Part shown: in pieces, positions 17,071-26,280 of the stretch
Position numbering within the stretch: the stretch's first letter is position 1
Layout: each line of letters begins with the position of its first letter
DNA from: Spirochaetaceae bacterium
GTDB taxonomy: Bacteria > Spirochaetota > Spirochaetia > DSM-27196 > SLAA01
Direction of reading: 5' to 3'
Assembly: GCA_003564775.1 (NCBI GenBank)
Contig: PXEI01000170.1
Location: 1-31,606, forward strand
Length of the DNA: 31,606 nucleotides
The notes under the pieces: generated by a model
Database searches by the model: none
Told to the model about the DNA's origin: nothing
Seen by the model: the letters and a program-made list of their open reading frames with translations, nothing else
Position numbers and translations under genes: made by a program

Positions 17071-17666
17071 CTACAGTAGTGCATGAGCTAGATTCCCTTC
17101 AGGACAACAAACTACGAAAAACACTCCTGGCAGCAGCTCGCCACGAGATCTCCCGCGCCTGCAATCTGCCTGCGACACCCGAGTCGCTATCAGCACCCCT
17201 TAGCGTGTCAGGAGACTTTGAGCCTATCAACGCCTCTGGCGTGTTTGTGTCTCTCCACCTTGGTAAACGGCTGCGCGGGTGCATCGGCAAACTGCGTTTA
17301 GACCAGGTTGGCCCGACCGAGCTCGGCACGGCAGCAGTAGATGCTGCCTGTTCTGACCCACGCTTTGAACCAGTTGCCCCAGGTGAACTCGATGGGCTTA
17401 AGATTGAGATTTCATTACTCGGCCCCCTTTATCCCTGCGAACCGGAGCAGGTCGTTGTGGGAAACCACGGACTCTATCTGCGCAGTGATCATGGTTCCGG
17501 ACTCCTTTTGCCCCAAGTCGCGGTAGAACGAGGCTGGACCGGCGAGCAGTTCCTGCAACAACTCCGCAAGAAAGCGGGTCTGGGCGAAACACCTACCAGT
17601 ACGGAGCAGCTTTGGTGCTTCCGTGCAGTAGTGTTTGACGAAGACGCGAATCTACGGCAATACTAG
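17067..17666 (+). CDS. amrA: AmmeMemoRadiSam system protein A (AMMECR1 family)
   Basis: GVFVSL...RLRGCIG, AACSDPRF.P, IEISLL, GNHGL, GLLLPQVAVERGW and L.KKAGL. Confidence 0.92.
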   Translation: MTTVVHELDSLQDNKLRKTLLAAARHEISRACNLPATPESLSAPLSVSGDFEPINASGVFVSLHLGKRLRGCIGKLRLDQVGPTELGTAAVDAACSDPRFEPVAPGELDGLKIEISLLGPLYPCEPEQVVVGNHGLYLRSDHGSGLLLPQVAVERGWTGEQFLQQLRKKAGLGETPTSTEQLWCFRAVVFDEDANLRQY

Positions 17667-17669
17667 ACC

Positions 17670-19187
17670 GTGTTGGTTTATACGTTAATTGACTTACAGC
17701 GCAGCGCAGATCCTCATCTGGCCAGACGCCTGCACGGTTCGTCTGGACTGACTACCGTAACCGTTAACCCGAACCTGACCGGCAACTTGGCATTTGAAGC
17801 CGCCAAAAACGATCGTGCAGCGTTTGAGTTGAGTTCCGGAACGGTCTTCCTGCGTATACCGTACCCAAACCTATGTTCGCTGGCGCTGCTTCTTGCTCGC
17901 GAGCCGGAAGCGCACGCCTACTCTCTCATGCTGCACGTCTCGCAGGCAGCCGCATTATTGCCGGAGGAGACCGGATTCTCCCTTGACCCCGAGTTCATCT
18001 TCCTGAAGGCGGACGCACCCCTTAACTCCGGTGTGGTGTTCCTCACTGCCCCGGACGTCACGGAACTCCGCCAGTTGCAGGGGAGTCATAGCCTCGGAAC
18101 TGAAGACGCCAAGCGAAACCATCATCACCTGGACTTCGACCCCCCGGGTCTGTCAGGGTCGGCTGTAACCGCTTTTGGCCTTGCTGCATTATGGTATCAT
18201 CGGCTCAGCTCAGAGCCATTCTGCATCAACCCCGAGGCACCGCATGGCACTCCCCGACTCTACGAACGCTTTCGGGAGAGCTTTCCGACAATGCCAACTG
18301 CGCTGCACCAGGCGTTTGATGCATGTATAGACGGCAGGCGGCCAACCCGCACCCGCAACCACACTCGTACCACTACCCATAACGGAGTGGTACCCGGCGA
18401 TGAGAGCTCCTCGCGGACTATTACGGAGCTCCTCAAGGCTCTTCCAGATAGTTCGGCCGCACTCTCGCAGATCCTTGACTCCAGGGGAACAGACCCACAT
18501 GAACTCCACAGACGCGAGGTAGTAGCCGCCCGTTCCCGGCGCGACAGAGTTCGCCGTTTTGACCGCCGAGAGTTCCTCAGACGCCGAGGAGTTCGTCTAG
18601 CCATTATCTCCGGGCTGGTGCTCTTTTTCGGTGGTATTGCTGGAACGAGCATTAATCGAGCGCTCCAACCACCGGTTACTCATGGTTTGGGTGCCGGGGA
18701 AGTCGTCCGGCTCCATTATGCGGCAATTAACGAGCTGGATCCGGAGCTTCTGCGAGCCACTCTTGCACGGGGCGTCGCGAGCCGGCGTGTTGATGAGCTC
18801 ACGACGATGTACGTTACCTCACGTGCACGCATGTCAGTTGAGATGGAAACCGGACATTATCGAGCTGACGAATGGATAGATCAAGGCAGGCCTGAGCTTA
18901 GCCCCACGGTCTACCCTTATGGCGTGAGTACACCCACAATTCTTGAGCTCACCAAACAGGACTCCACGGCGCTCTACGAAGCACGGTTCATTCGTGTTGA
19001 CTTTGCGTTTGAGGACAACCCTCAAAACGGCCGTGACGCCAATGACATCAACGCCAGTCGGGAGCAGGTTGCCGCTATCCGCGAGTACCATGTCCGTGAG
19101 CAGCTGCAGCTCGAGCGTCGCAACGAGGTCTGGCGCATCGTCGCGATAGACGCCCACATTGAGGAGCTATCTGGTGAGTCGTATTGA
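17670..19187 (+). CDS. Hypothetical single-pass membrane protein (possible degenerate kinase-like N-terminal region)
   Basis: 505-aa ORF. One TM (LAIISGLVLFFGGIAG) follows a basic stretch (RRREFLRRRGVR), suggesting an N-in topology. Start codon uncertain. Confidence 0.7.
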   Translation: MLVYTLIDLQRSADPHLARRLHGSSGLTTVTVNPNLTGNLAFEAAKNDRAAFELSSGTVFLRIPYPNLCSLALLLAREPEAHAYSLMLHVSQAAALLPEETGFSLDPEFIFLKADAPLNSGVVFLTAPDVTELRQLQGSHSLGTEDAKRNHHHLDFDPPGLSGSAVTAFGLAALWYHRLSSEPFCINPEAPHGTPRLYERFRESFPTMPTALHQAFDACIDGRRPTRTRNHTRTTTHNGVVPGDESSSRTITELLKALPDSSAALSQILDSRGTDPHELHRREVVAARSRRDRVRRFDRREFLRRRGVRLAIISGLVLFFGGIAGTSINRALQPPVTHGLGAGEVVRLHYAAINELDPELLRATLARGVASRRVDELTTMYVTSRARMSVEMETGHYRADEWIDQGRPELSPTVYPYGVSTPTILELTKQDSTALYEARFIRVDFAFEDNPQNGRDANDINASREQVAAIREYHVREQLQLERRNEVWRIVAIDAHIEELSGESY

Positions 19188-20106
19188 GATAATCAAGCCT
19201 GACCCCTCGGTAGACGCCTTGCTCCGCACGGTCAAACCTTCAGAGAGCACCTATACCCCGTATTTCACCGCTAACGAAGAGTTGTATTTGGAGCTGGACC
19301 ATGAGTTCCAGGTACCGAGTTTCCAGATTCATCACGATGTACGTGAGGAAGCCCCTTCACCCCGTTACCGTGAAGACCTCCACCGTCTCATCCTCCAGTT
19401 GGGAGAACGCCTTCCGACTGTGTTTCAGGGGCTTAGATACTTCTTTGATCCGGCGGAAATACTCCGTCCCTCATTTTTCCGAATCTACCGTGCTGACGAC
19501 TGTCTCTATCTCTACCTTCTCCGGCTTGACCTCGTGCCTCGTCCGGGAATTCACCGACACACGACACGCGACTCAAACGAAGAAACTCCCGCCTACAGCA
19601 GCACCAAGCTTTTTGTCGAGGCCGATATGATCCCTATCCAGGAGATTCAAGGAAGCGACGACAACCCCGAGGCCTGTCTGGTTCGGCGTTCGATATCCGA
19701 GACCTGGATTGGTGAGACCGGCCGTGGATACTACGTGCAGGGCATCTGGCTGGACCGGGAACTCACCAAGTTCTTTACCAAGCTCTTCTTGCCAGATAAC
19801 GCCCGCACCTATCCCTACTACCCACTCAGTTGCAAGTATCAGGCGGTGTGTCACTCGCTGTATCGCCTGGAGCCTGGTGACCTGGATAGAGCTTGCCAGG
19901 TTGCTCATAAGGCACGCCTTTTTCTGGATCCACACATGGAAGCAGTTCAGAATGCGCTCCGCGTGAATGAGTTCTCGACAGAGCTCCCACTGTTTTCTGA
20001 ACTACGAGCTCAGCTGCCGGAGGAGTTGGCTCACTACTGGGAACGACTCCGTTTGGTACCGTTTCTCAACGAACGCGACATGAAGGAGTTTCGCATTGAA
20101 GACTGA
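19174..20106 (+). CDS. Hypothetical soluble protein
   Basis: Long ORF. GTG 19174 is preceded by SD GAGGAG (19161-19166); the gene overlaps both neighbours. Confidence 0.75.
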   Translation: MSRIEIIKPDPSVDALLRTVKPSESTYTPYFTANEELYLELDHEFQVPSFQIHHDVREEAPSPRYREDLHRLILQLGERLPTVFQGLRYFFDPAEILRPSFFRIYRADDCLYLYLLRLDLVPRPGIHRHTTRDSNEETPAYSSTKLFVEADMIPIQEIQGSDDNPEACLVRRSISETWIGETGRGYYVQGIWLDRELTKFFTKLFLPDNARTYPYYPLSCKYQAVCHSLYRLEPGDLDRACQVAHKARLFLDPHMEAVQNALRVNEFSTELPLFSELRAQLPEELAHYWERLRLVPFLNERDMKEFRIED

Positions 20107-21514
20107 ACAACGATATCGTGGAGCTCGCGTAACCATCATGGGGCTGGGACTCCACGGTGGAGGTGCCGCAACGGCACGCTATCTTCATTCCGAGGGTGCC
20201 AAACTCACGGTTACCGACCTGCGCTCTCCTGAAGAACTCCGCCCCAGTATTGAAGCTCTTTCGGACCTGCCGCTGCGTTATGTTCTGGGACGTCACGATA
20301 CACAGGACTTCCGCGATGCAGATTTCGTCGTAAAAAACCCGGGAGTCCCACGTAGTTCGCCATATCTTCAACACGCTCGCCGGGTGGAGACCGACATTTC
20401 CCTGTTCCTGCGCGCGCGTTCCAACCCCTTGCTCTGCGTTACCGGTACCAAAGGCAAGTCGACGACCGCAACAGCACTTCACCATGTACTGTTGCAGGCT
20501 TACTCCGACGCCGCCCTTGGTGGCAATATCACTGTGTCGCCACTTGCCTTCATTGACACCCTGCGTGTCGATGCTCCGGTCGTACTTGAGCTCTCGTCTT
20601 TCCAGTTGGGCGACCTTGAGTTTGCCGGAGCGCTTGAGTGGTTACAACCGCAGGTTGGCGTGTTGACCACCATCATGCCTGATCATCTGGACTACTATCC
20701 AGACATGCAAGCATACCTCCACGACAAGGAGCTTCTGCTGTCATCAGTTCCACCAGGAGGCTGGACGATTGCCGCCTGTGGGAGTGAGTACCTTAAGCAG
20801 TTTCTCTCCAGAACCAACTCTCGCGTGTGTGTGGCACAGGCGCCCTCAGGTGCACTCGTGCGCTCGCCTGATGCAGTCTGTTACCTCGACGGTGAGCACG
20901 GCTATCTTCAACAGGGTGAGCACGCCCCGGAGGAAATTCTCCGCTCTTCACCGCTGCCTGGTGACCATGCCCGCAGCAACCTGCTCGCCGCTGGTGCCGC
21001 CGCCCGCCTCTACGGTGTGCCAGCCGCATTGACTGCAGACGCTCTGAGCTCCTTTCCGGGCGTAGCACACCGCATGGAGTTCATCACCGAGATTGAGGGC
21101 GTTCGCTACTACAACGACTCTGCGGCCACAATTGCAGAAGCGGCCGTAGCTGCTGTGAAGGCCTTCTCGGAGCCGGTGCACCTCATAGCCGGTGGCAGCG
21201 ACAAACAACTTTCTCCAGCCGCTTTCTCCAGCATCGGAGACGGCGCGGCAGGGGTCTATCTGCTTGCAGGCACAGCCTCGGACGCTATTCAACAACAGCT
21301 CATGGCCGGACGAACACCGGTATATGGGCCATACAATACACTTCGCTCAGCCTTGGATGCCGCCGTACAGGCGGCGAGTCCCGGAGACGTCGTAATCCTA
21401 TCGCCCGGATGCGCCTCTTTTGGAATGTTTTTGAATGAGTTCCACCGCGGAAACACCTTTCGCGCAATGGTTCTTGAGTCAGCAACCACCCCCACTTTGA
21501 AACAGGAGTTTTAG
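20096..21514 (+). CDS. murD: UDP-N-acetylmuramoyl-L-alanine--D-glutamate ligase
   Basis: IMGLGLHG, VKNPGV, VTGTKGKSTT, LGGNI, VLELSSFQL, DHLDYY, HRME, YYNDSAAT, LIAGG.DK and LSPGCASF. TTG start with AAGGAG SD. Confidence 0.95.
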   Translation: MKTEQRYRGARVTIMGLGLHGGGAATARYLHSEGAKLTVTDLRSPEELRPSIEALSDLPLRYVLGRHDTQDFRDADFVVKNPGVPRSSPYLQHARRVETDISLFLRARSNPLLCVTGTKGKSTTATALHHVLLQAYSDAALGGNITVSPLAFIDTLRVDAPVVLELSSFQLGDLEFAGALEWLQPQVGVLTTIMPDHLDYYPDMQAYLHDKELLLSSVPPGGWTIAACGSEYLKQFLSRTNSRVCVAQAPSGALVRSPDAVCYLDGEHGYLQQGEHAPEEILRSSPLPGDHARSNLLAAGAAARLYGVPAALTADALSSFPGVAHRMEFITEIEGVRYYNDSAATIAEAAVAAVKAFSEPVHLIAGGSDKQLSPAAFSSIGDGAAGVYLLAGTASDAIQQQLMAGRTPVYGPYNTLRSALDAAVQAASPGDVVILSPGCASFGMFLNEFHRGNTFRAMVLESATTPTLKQEF

Positions 21515-21516
21515 AC

Positions 21517-22782
21517 ATGAGTACGTTCCCTATAGAATTTCTTCAGGCCATGCCAAAGACGGATCTGCATCTCCATCTGGACGGGAGCCTTCGTCTCCCG
21601 ACTCTTATTGAACTTGCTCGCGAGGCCAATGTTGAGTTGCCTGCCTGGGATGAAGCTGGGTTAAAGGAAAAGGTATTTAAGCCAAACTACCGCAACCTCA
21701 ACGAGTACTTGGCCGGGTTTGCCTGGACCACCGCGGTTATGCAGACCGCATCAGCGCTCGAGCGAGTAGCGTATGAACTCGCCATGGACAACGCGGCCGA
21801 AAACGTACGCTATATTGAGGTTCGCTTTGCTCCTCAGCTGCATATGAACTCCCAACTGAGCTTTACGCAAGTGCTTGAGGCCGTCGACTCTGGCCTGAAG
21901 CGTGCGCGCGATGAGATTAACGCCCAAGGTGTATATAGCGTGTCCTCATCCGGGAGCAGTGACGACGACAACCCCAATCTTTTACCGCCGCCATTTGACT
22001 ATGGAATCATTGTCACCGCCATGCGCTACTTCACGTCTCAGTTCTCCGAGTACTTTGCAACGCTGACCAAGTCGCATGAGCACGCGACCGAGGTTGAGAT
22101 CCTGCACTATGCATCACTGGAACTGGCCCGTGCTACTGTGCACCTCAGGAATACCTCCGATGTCCGCGTCGTTGGCTTTGATTTGGCAGGCAGCGAGGCC
22201 GGGTACCCGGCTGCGGACCACTTAGCCGCGTTTCAGTACGTCCATGAACACTTCCTCAACAAAACGGTGCATGCGGGTGAAGCATACGGACCGGAGTCGA
22301 TCTTTCAGGCGATCACAAAACTGCACGCGGATCGTATTGGTCATGGTTTTCACCTTTTTGACGAGGACCGCATTACGGACCCTGCCATAGAGGAGCCTGC
22401 TCGCTACGTACGCAACCTCGTCGACTACATCGCAAACAATCGCATTACTATCGAGGTATGCCTCACCAGCAACCTGCAGACATCGCCCCATATCGACCAG
22501 CTTAGCGACCACTCTATTCGCAAGATGATAGACAACAGGCTCTCTGTTACGCTCTGCACCGACAACCGCCTTGTGTCTCATACCACCGTCACCGATGAGT
22601 TCCGGCTCCTGACCGAGAACTTTGAGGTCTCACCCAAAGAGTTGAAGAATATCGTTATCTATGGGTTCAAACGCAGCTTTTTTGAAGGTGACTACAACGA
22701 GAAGCGCGACTATGTTCGGACCGTGATCAACTATTACGACAAGGTAGCAAACAAGTTTGGTATCAACAGCAGTAAAGACTAA
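21517..22782 (+). CDS. add: Adenosine deaminase
   Basis: DLHLHLDGSLR, YIEVRFAP, GFDLAGSE, TVHAGE, RIGHG, EVCLTSN and TDNRL; SD AGGAG. Confidence 0.88.
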   Translation: MSTFPIEFLQAMPKTDLHLHLDGSLRLPTLIELAREANVELPAWDEAGLKEKVFKPNYRNLNEYLAGFAWTTAVMQTASALERVAYELAMDNAAENVRYIEVRFAPQLHMNSQLSFTQVLEAVDSGLKRARDEINAQGVYSVSSSGSSDDDNPNLLPPPFDYGIIVTAMRYFTSQFSEYFATLTKSHEHATEVEILHYASLELARATVHLRNTSDVRVVGFDLAGSEAGYPAADHLAAFQYVHEHFLNKTVHAGEAYGPESIFQAITKLHADRIGHGFHLFDEDRITDPAIEEPARYVRNLVDYIANNRITIEVCLTSNLQTSPHIDQLSDHSIRKMIDNRLSVTLCTDNRLVSHTTVTDEFRLLTENFEVSPKELKNIVIYGFKRSFFEGDYNEKRDYVRTVINYYDKVANKFGINSSKD

Positions 22783-23849
22783 CGGCGCTTGAGAAAGGTT
22801 TTGAAGTACCAGTTTCGGACGGCCTCTGCAGAGCAGAAGGCTGTGTAGAGGCCCGGAGCTTGGGTGTAGTCCCAGCATCCCAGGCGTTGCACTATGGCTC
22901 CGCCAAACCCCACTTTGAAACGGTACAGACCGTGCATTGGGTGTTGTGGGTCGTCGCTTGGTGGAATGCCAAAGAGGTCATAGCTGACACAACCCCGCGC
23001 CTGCGCCCGCTCTATCGCGCTCCACTGTAACAGGTATGCCGCCATGAGATTTCGCTTATGATCTGCCCCTGCCCCATAGAGGTACACCGCTTGCTGGCGG
23101 TAGTAGACCACTACAATGCCAGCTATAAGCTCACCCTCATGACGTGCGCACAGAAGCTCAATCTCTACTGGCTCGTTGGGTGTGCCTTGTGCAGCACCCA
23201 CCAGCTCGAACAGCCTTTGGTAGTACTCCTGGGAATGAATGCTGATTGAGTCCCGACGTGAGGTCTGGCGGTAGAGCTCATACCATTCATCTAACGCCTG
23301 TACACCCTCACTCCCTAAAACAACACCCTTGCGCGCCGCAAGCCGAATATTGTAGCGAGTTTTGCTCTTCATCTCTGTTAGAAGCTCATCCGCCGATTTG
23401 CTGAGATCAAGGATGACCGTGTTGGGTGGTTGTATATCTACCCTGGCAGCCTTAAAGCCCGCAGTCTTCAGCTCATGGTGACGAGCAGGATTCGTTTCCC
23501 ACGGAAGATCCCACCGAATAAACCCACAGTCTCGTAATGGCCCGGACAGCGCGTTACGGCTAAACTCAACCAAGGTCGAGATTGAGCTTGAGGCTGGGGC
23601 TGAGCTTGAATCTGAAGCTGAGTTTGGGGCTGGATCCGATGGCGCCCCATGCGGCACGTATGCCAGCCGCACCCCTGGTGCGGCTTTGCGCGAAAGCACC
23701 GAGACCGATCCTGACTTGGATCCGTCCGCGACCTCGTGACCAAGGTGGTCAAGCCGATGTCGGCGCCAGCCAAACTCCGACTTGAACTGCGCCCAGACGC
23801 TGCTTTGGAGAAAGCTGTGTTCGTCCGGTGGCTCTACCTTACCCAACAT
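22779..23849 (-). CDS. FemABX-family lipid II:aminoacyl (glycyl) transferase
   Basis: FLQS..WAQFK..FGW, LAYVPHG, IQPPNTVILDL, MKSKTRYNIRLAARKGV, YLYGA, YLLQW.AI..A and GLYRFK.GFGG. Confidence 0.9.
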   Translation of the reverse strand: MLGKVEPPDEHSFLQSSVWAQFKSEFGWRRHRLDHLGHEVADGSKSGSVSVLSRKAAPGVRLAYVPHGAPSDPAPNSASDSSSAPASSSISTLVEFSRNALSGPLRDCGFIRWDLPWETNPARHHELKTAGFKAARVDIQPPNTVILDLSKSADELLTEMKSKTRYNIRLAARKGVVLGSEGVQALDEWYELYRQTSRRDSISIHSQEYYQRLFELVGAAQGTPNEPVEIELLCARHEGELIAGIVVVYYRQQAVYLYGAGADHKRNLMAAYLLQWSAIERAQARGCVSYDLFGIPPSDDPQHPMHGLYRFKVGFGGAIVQRLGCWDYTQAPGLYTAFCSAEAVRNWYFKTFLKRR

Positions 23850-26145
23850 CGCCTGAGGAAACTCGTCTGGTTCTTACTGGCTTTCCGTTACAGTGCAATG
23901 GCCGACCGCCTACCAGTACCTGGTGATCCTCAACCCGTATAGGCATGCTAAAGAACTCATCAACCTTGAGCTTGGAAGGAAAGGACTCCGGTTCCGGTAG
24001 CCCATCTAAGCGAACAGGGCTACCCGGGGCTACATCGCCTGAGTCGTCCAAAAACAGAACCTCAACTGTTTCCTGGCCCTCAGCATCCGTGGCCGAGGCC
24101 GCAAGCAACATGCCCTGGCTTTTTTCACCTCGCAGTTTAGCGGGCTTTAGATTGGAGACCAGAACAATGGTCTTGCCAAGCAGTTCATCCTCGCTGTAGT
24201 GAGGCACCAAGCCACTGACAATCTGGCGCGGCTCTTCCTCACCTACATCTATAATCTCAATGTAGAGCTTCTCGGCCTCTGGGTGTCGGTCTACCTGGGT
24301 AATGCGCGCTGCCCGGAGATCTACCCGTGCGTGGAAGCGCTCGTCGAGCGGCAGCTCAGCCTGCTCCTCTTTAGCCTTGGCGGAAGCATGACTGTCCACC
24401 GTTGCCGATGCTGCGGCAGCTTCACCGGCAGCTCCCACAGAGGCTGCCGCGGCGTCGGAGCTGGCAGCAGCCTCGGCCGAGTCGCGCGCGGCTCGCTCTG
24501 CCTGTGTACCACTAAATCGGGCCTGTAGTTCACCAATACGAGTATCCTCCAATTTTTCAAACAGAATAGCAGCTTGTCCCACCTGGGTTATTCCTTCCGC
24601 ACTCCCCAATGCTTTCCAGTCCGGTAGTTGTATTCCCAGGAAGCCGCAGATGCGTTCCGAGGTAGAAGGAATATACGGTGAGCACAGAATAGCAAGATCC
24701 CGAATGAGGTACACCAGGTCAGACAGCAGCTGATGGGTACCAACCGGATCTGTCTCACGAGTCTTCCAGGGCTCGGCCGCCTGAAAGGTACGGTTGCCGT
24801 AACTGGATAACTCAAAGACTTTGCGGAACGCGTCACGCAGATGGGCCTTCTCAAGTTGCGCAGTGATCTCGGCCTGGGCCGCGCCAACCGGACGCCAGAA
24901 CTCTCCAGTTATTGCCGCCGGGAGCACCTTGCCGTCATAGAACCTGGTGAGAAAGGTCAGCGTGCGGTTAACCAGGTTCCCAAGGTTCCCTATGAGTTCA
25001 CCGTTGGTCTTCTCCTGGAAGTCTTGCCAGGTGAAGGTGAAGTCCGAGGACTCCGGCCTGTTATAGAAGAGATAAAAGCGCCAGACATCGGCCGGAATAC
25101 CGGTGTCCCGCGCGTCGTTCCCAAAAACACCCACACCCCGACTCTTGGAGAACTGACCGCTTTCATAGTTCAGATACTCGGTAGCCGACATATGATGCAG
25201 CATGGTCCAGTTGTCGCCACTCCCAAGCAGTGAGCAAGGAAAAATCACGGTATGAAAAGGAATGTTGTCCTTGCCAATGAACTGGAACAGCTCTACGTTG
25301 TCCGGGTTCTTCCACCAGCTCTCCCAGTCGTCGCGCAAGGTTGCGGTAATGGAGATGTAGCCAATTGGAGCATCAAACCAGACGTAAAAAACCTTGTTCT
25401 CATACCCCTCAAGCGGTACCGGGATTCCCCACTTGAGGTCGCGTGTTATGCCCCGCTCCTTGAGACCGTCCCGAATCCAGGCATTGGTCATCTGCATAGC
25501 GTTCCGCGACCACCCAGCACGCGCGGCGGCATCCTTCATCCATTCCTGCAGGAGCGGCAGAATTTTGGGAAGGTCGATGTACAAATGCTCGGTCTCACGC
25601 ATCACGGGGGTCGAGTTATCTACCAGGCTGCGTGGGTTAATAAGGTCCGCCGGGTCCAGCAGCTTGCCGCAGTGCTCACACTGATCGCCGCGCGCATCCT
25701 CATAGCCACAATGTGGACAGGTGCCGCGAACGTATCGATCCGCCAGGAACATGTCTGAGGCCTCTGAGTACAGCTGCTCTATGGTATGTGAGGTGATGTA
25801 GCCGTTCTTGTGGAGCTTGAGGAAAATATCCTGGGTGATCTCTGTATGCTCAGGGGTAGATGTACGCCCGAACTTATCAAACGAGATCTGAAACCAGCGG
25901 TATATCTCGTCATGCACCTCAAAGTACCGGGTACATAACTCCTGCGGCGTTATTCCTTCCTCGCGGGCGCGAGTCTCGGTTGCCGTCCCGTACTCGTCAG
26001 TACCGCAGACATAGAGGGTTTCGTAGCCCCTGAGCCGGCAAAAGCGCGCAAACACGTCGGCCGAGAGTACCTGAATGAGATTCCCCAGGTGGGGAATATT
26101 GTTGACATACGGAAGTGCTGAGGTGATTAAGCGGCGTTTATTCAT
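23839..26145 (-). CDS. metG: Methionine--tRNA ligase with C-terminal tRNA-binding domain
   Basis: TSALPYVNNIPHLGN (HIGH-like), CGTDEYG, Zn knuckle CPHC..CEHC, RDLKWG, YVWFDA, GKDN..FH, FSKS (KMSKS-like), an Ala-rich linker and a RQIVSG...NLKPAKLRG..SQGMLL domain. Confidence 0.97.
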   Translation of the reverse strand: MNKRRLITSALPYVNNIPHLGNLIQVLSADVFARFCRLRGYETLYVCGTDEYGTATETRAREEGITPQELCTRYFEVHDEIYRWFQISFDKFGRTSTPEHTEITQDIFLKLHKNGYITSHTIEQLYSEASDMFLADRYVRGTCPHCGYEDARGDQCEHCGKLLDPADLINPRSLVDNSTPVMRETEHLYIDLPKILPLLQEWMKDAAARAGWSRNAMQMTNAWIRDGLKERGITRDLKWGIPVPLEGYENKVFYVWFDAPIGYISITATLRDDWESWWKNPDNVELFQFIGKDNIPFHTVIFPCSLLGSGDNWTMLHHMSATEYLNYESGQFSKSRGVGVFGNDARDTGIPADVWRFYLFYNRPESSDFTFTWQDFQEKTNGELIGNLGNLVNRTLTFLTRFYDGKVLPAAITGEFWRPVGAAQAEITAQLEKAHLRDAFRKVFELSSYGNRTFQAAEPWKTRETDPVGTHQLLSDLVYLIRDLAILCSPYIPSTSERICGFLGIQLPDWKALGSAEGITQVGQAAILFEKLEDTRIGELQARFSGTQAERAARDSAEAAASSDAAAASVGAAGEAAAASATVDSHASAKAKEEQAELPLDERFHARVDLRAARITQVDRHPEAEKLYIEIIDVGEEEPRQIVSGLVPHYSEDELLGKTIVLVSNLKPAKLRGEKSQGMLLAASATDAEGQETVEVLFLDDSGDVAPGSPVRLDGLPEPESFPSKLKVDEFFSMPIRVEDHQVLVGGRPLHCNGKPVRTRRVSSGDVG

Positions 26146-26153
26146 AACGCCTC

Positions 26154-26182
26154 ACTATAGGATTGGGCAATTCGGCTGTCAA
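26154..26182 (-). promoter_or_regulatory. Near-consensus sigma70 promoter of metG
   Basis: Minus strand TTGACA (26182-26177), N17, TATAGT (26159-26154), only 8 nt before ATG 26145. Confidence 0.7.
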
Positions 26183-26223
26183 GATGAGGTGGGCCCGGGA
26201 GAGAATTCCGTGGGTCACAACGC

Positions 26224-26258
26224 TTGACCTACAGCGGGCAAGGAAGTAGGCTGTAGGT
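26224..26258 (+). promoter_or_regulatory. hflK promoter overlapped by a 9-bp inverted repeat
   Basis: TTGACC (26224-26229), N17, TAGGCT (26247-26252). Inverted repeat ACCTACAGC (26227-26235) / GCTGTAGGT (26250-26258). SD GGGAGG precedes ATG 26281. Confidence 0.55.
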
Positions 26259-26280
26259 TGAATTTCACAAGGGAGGCGGA

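Noticed and set aside
5131-22782. Short convergent overlaps (5131-5150, 22779-22782) as antisense regulation
   Set aside because: Overlaps of 4-20 nt are common in compact genomes, and nothing else supports a regulatory role.
12823-26257. Shared 12-mer GTAG[C/G]CTGTAG[C/G] at the fabV (12823-12834, minus) and hflK (26246-26257) promoters as a common regulator site
   Set aside because: In both places it is largely the -10 hexamer (TAGCCT or TAGGCT) plus flanks. Two instances are too few to claim a regulon.
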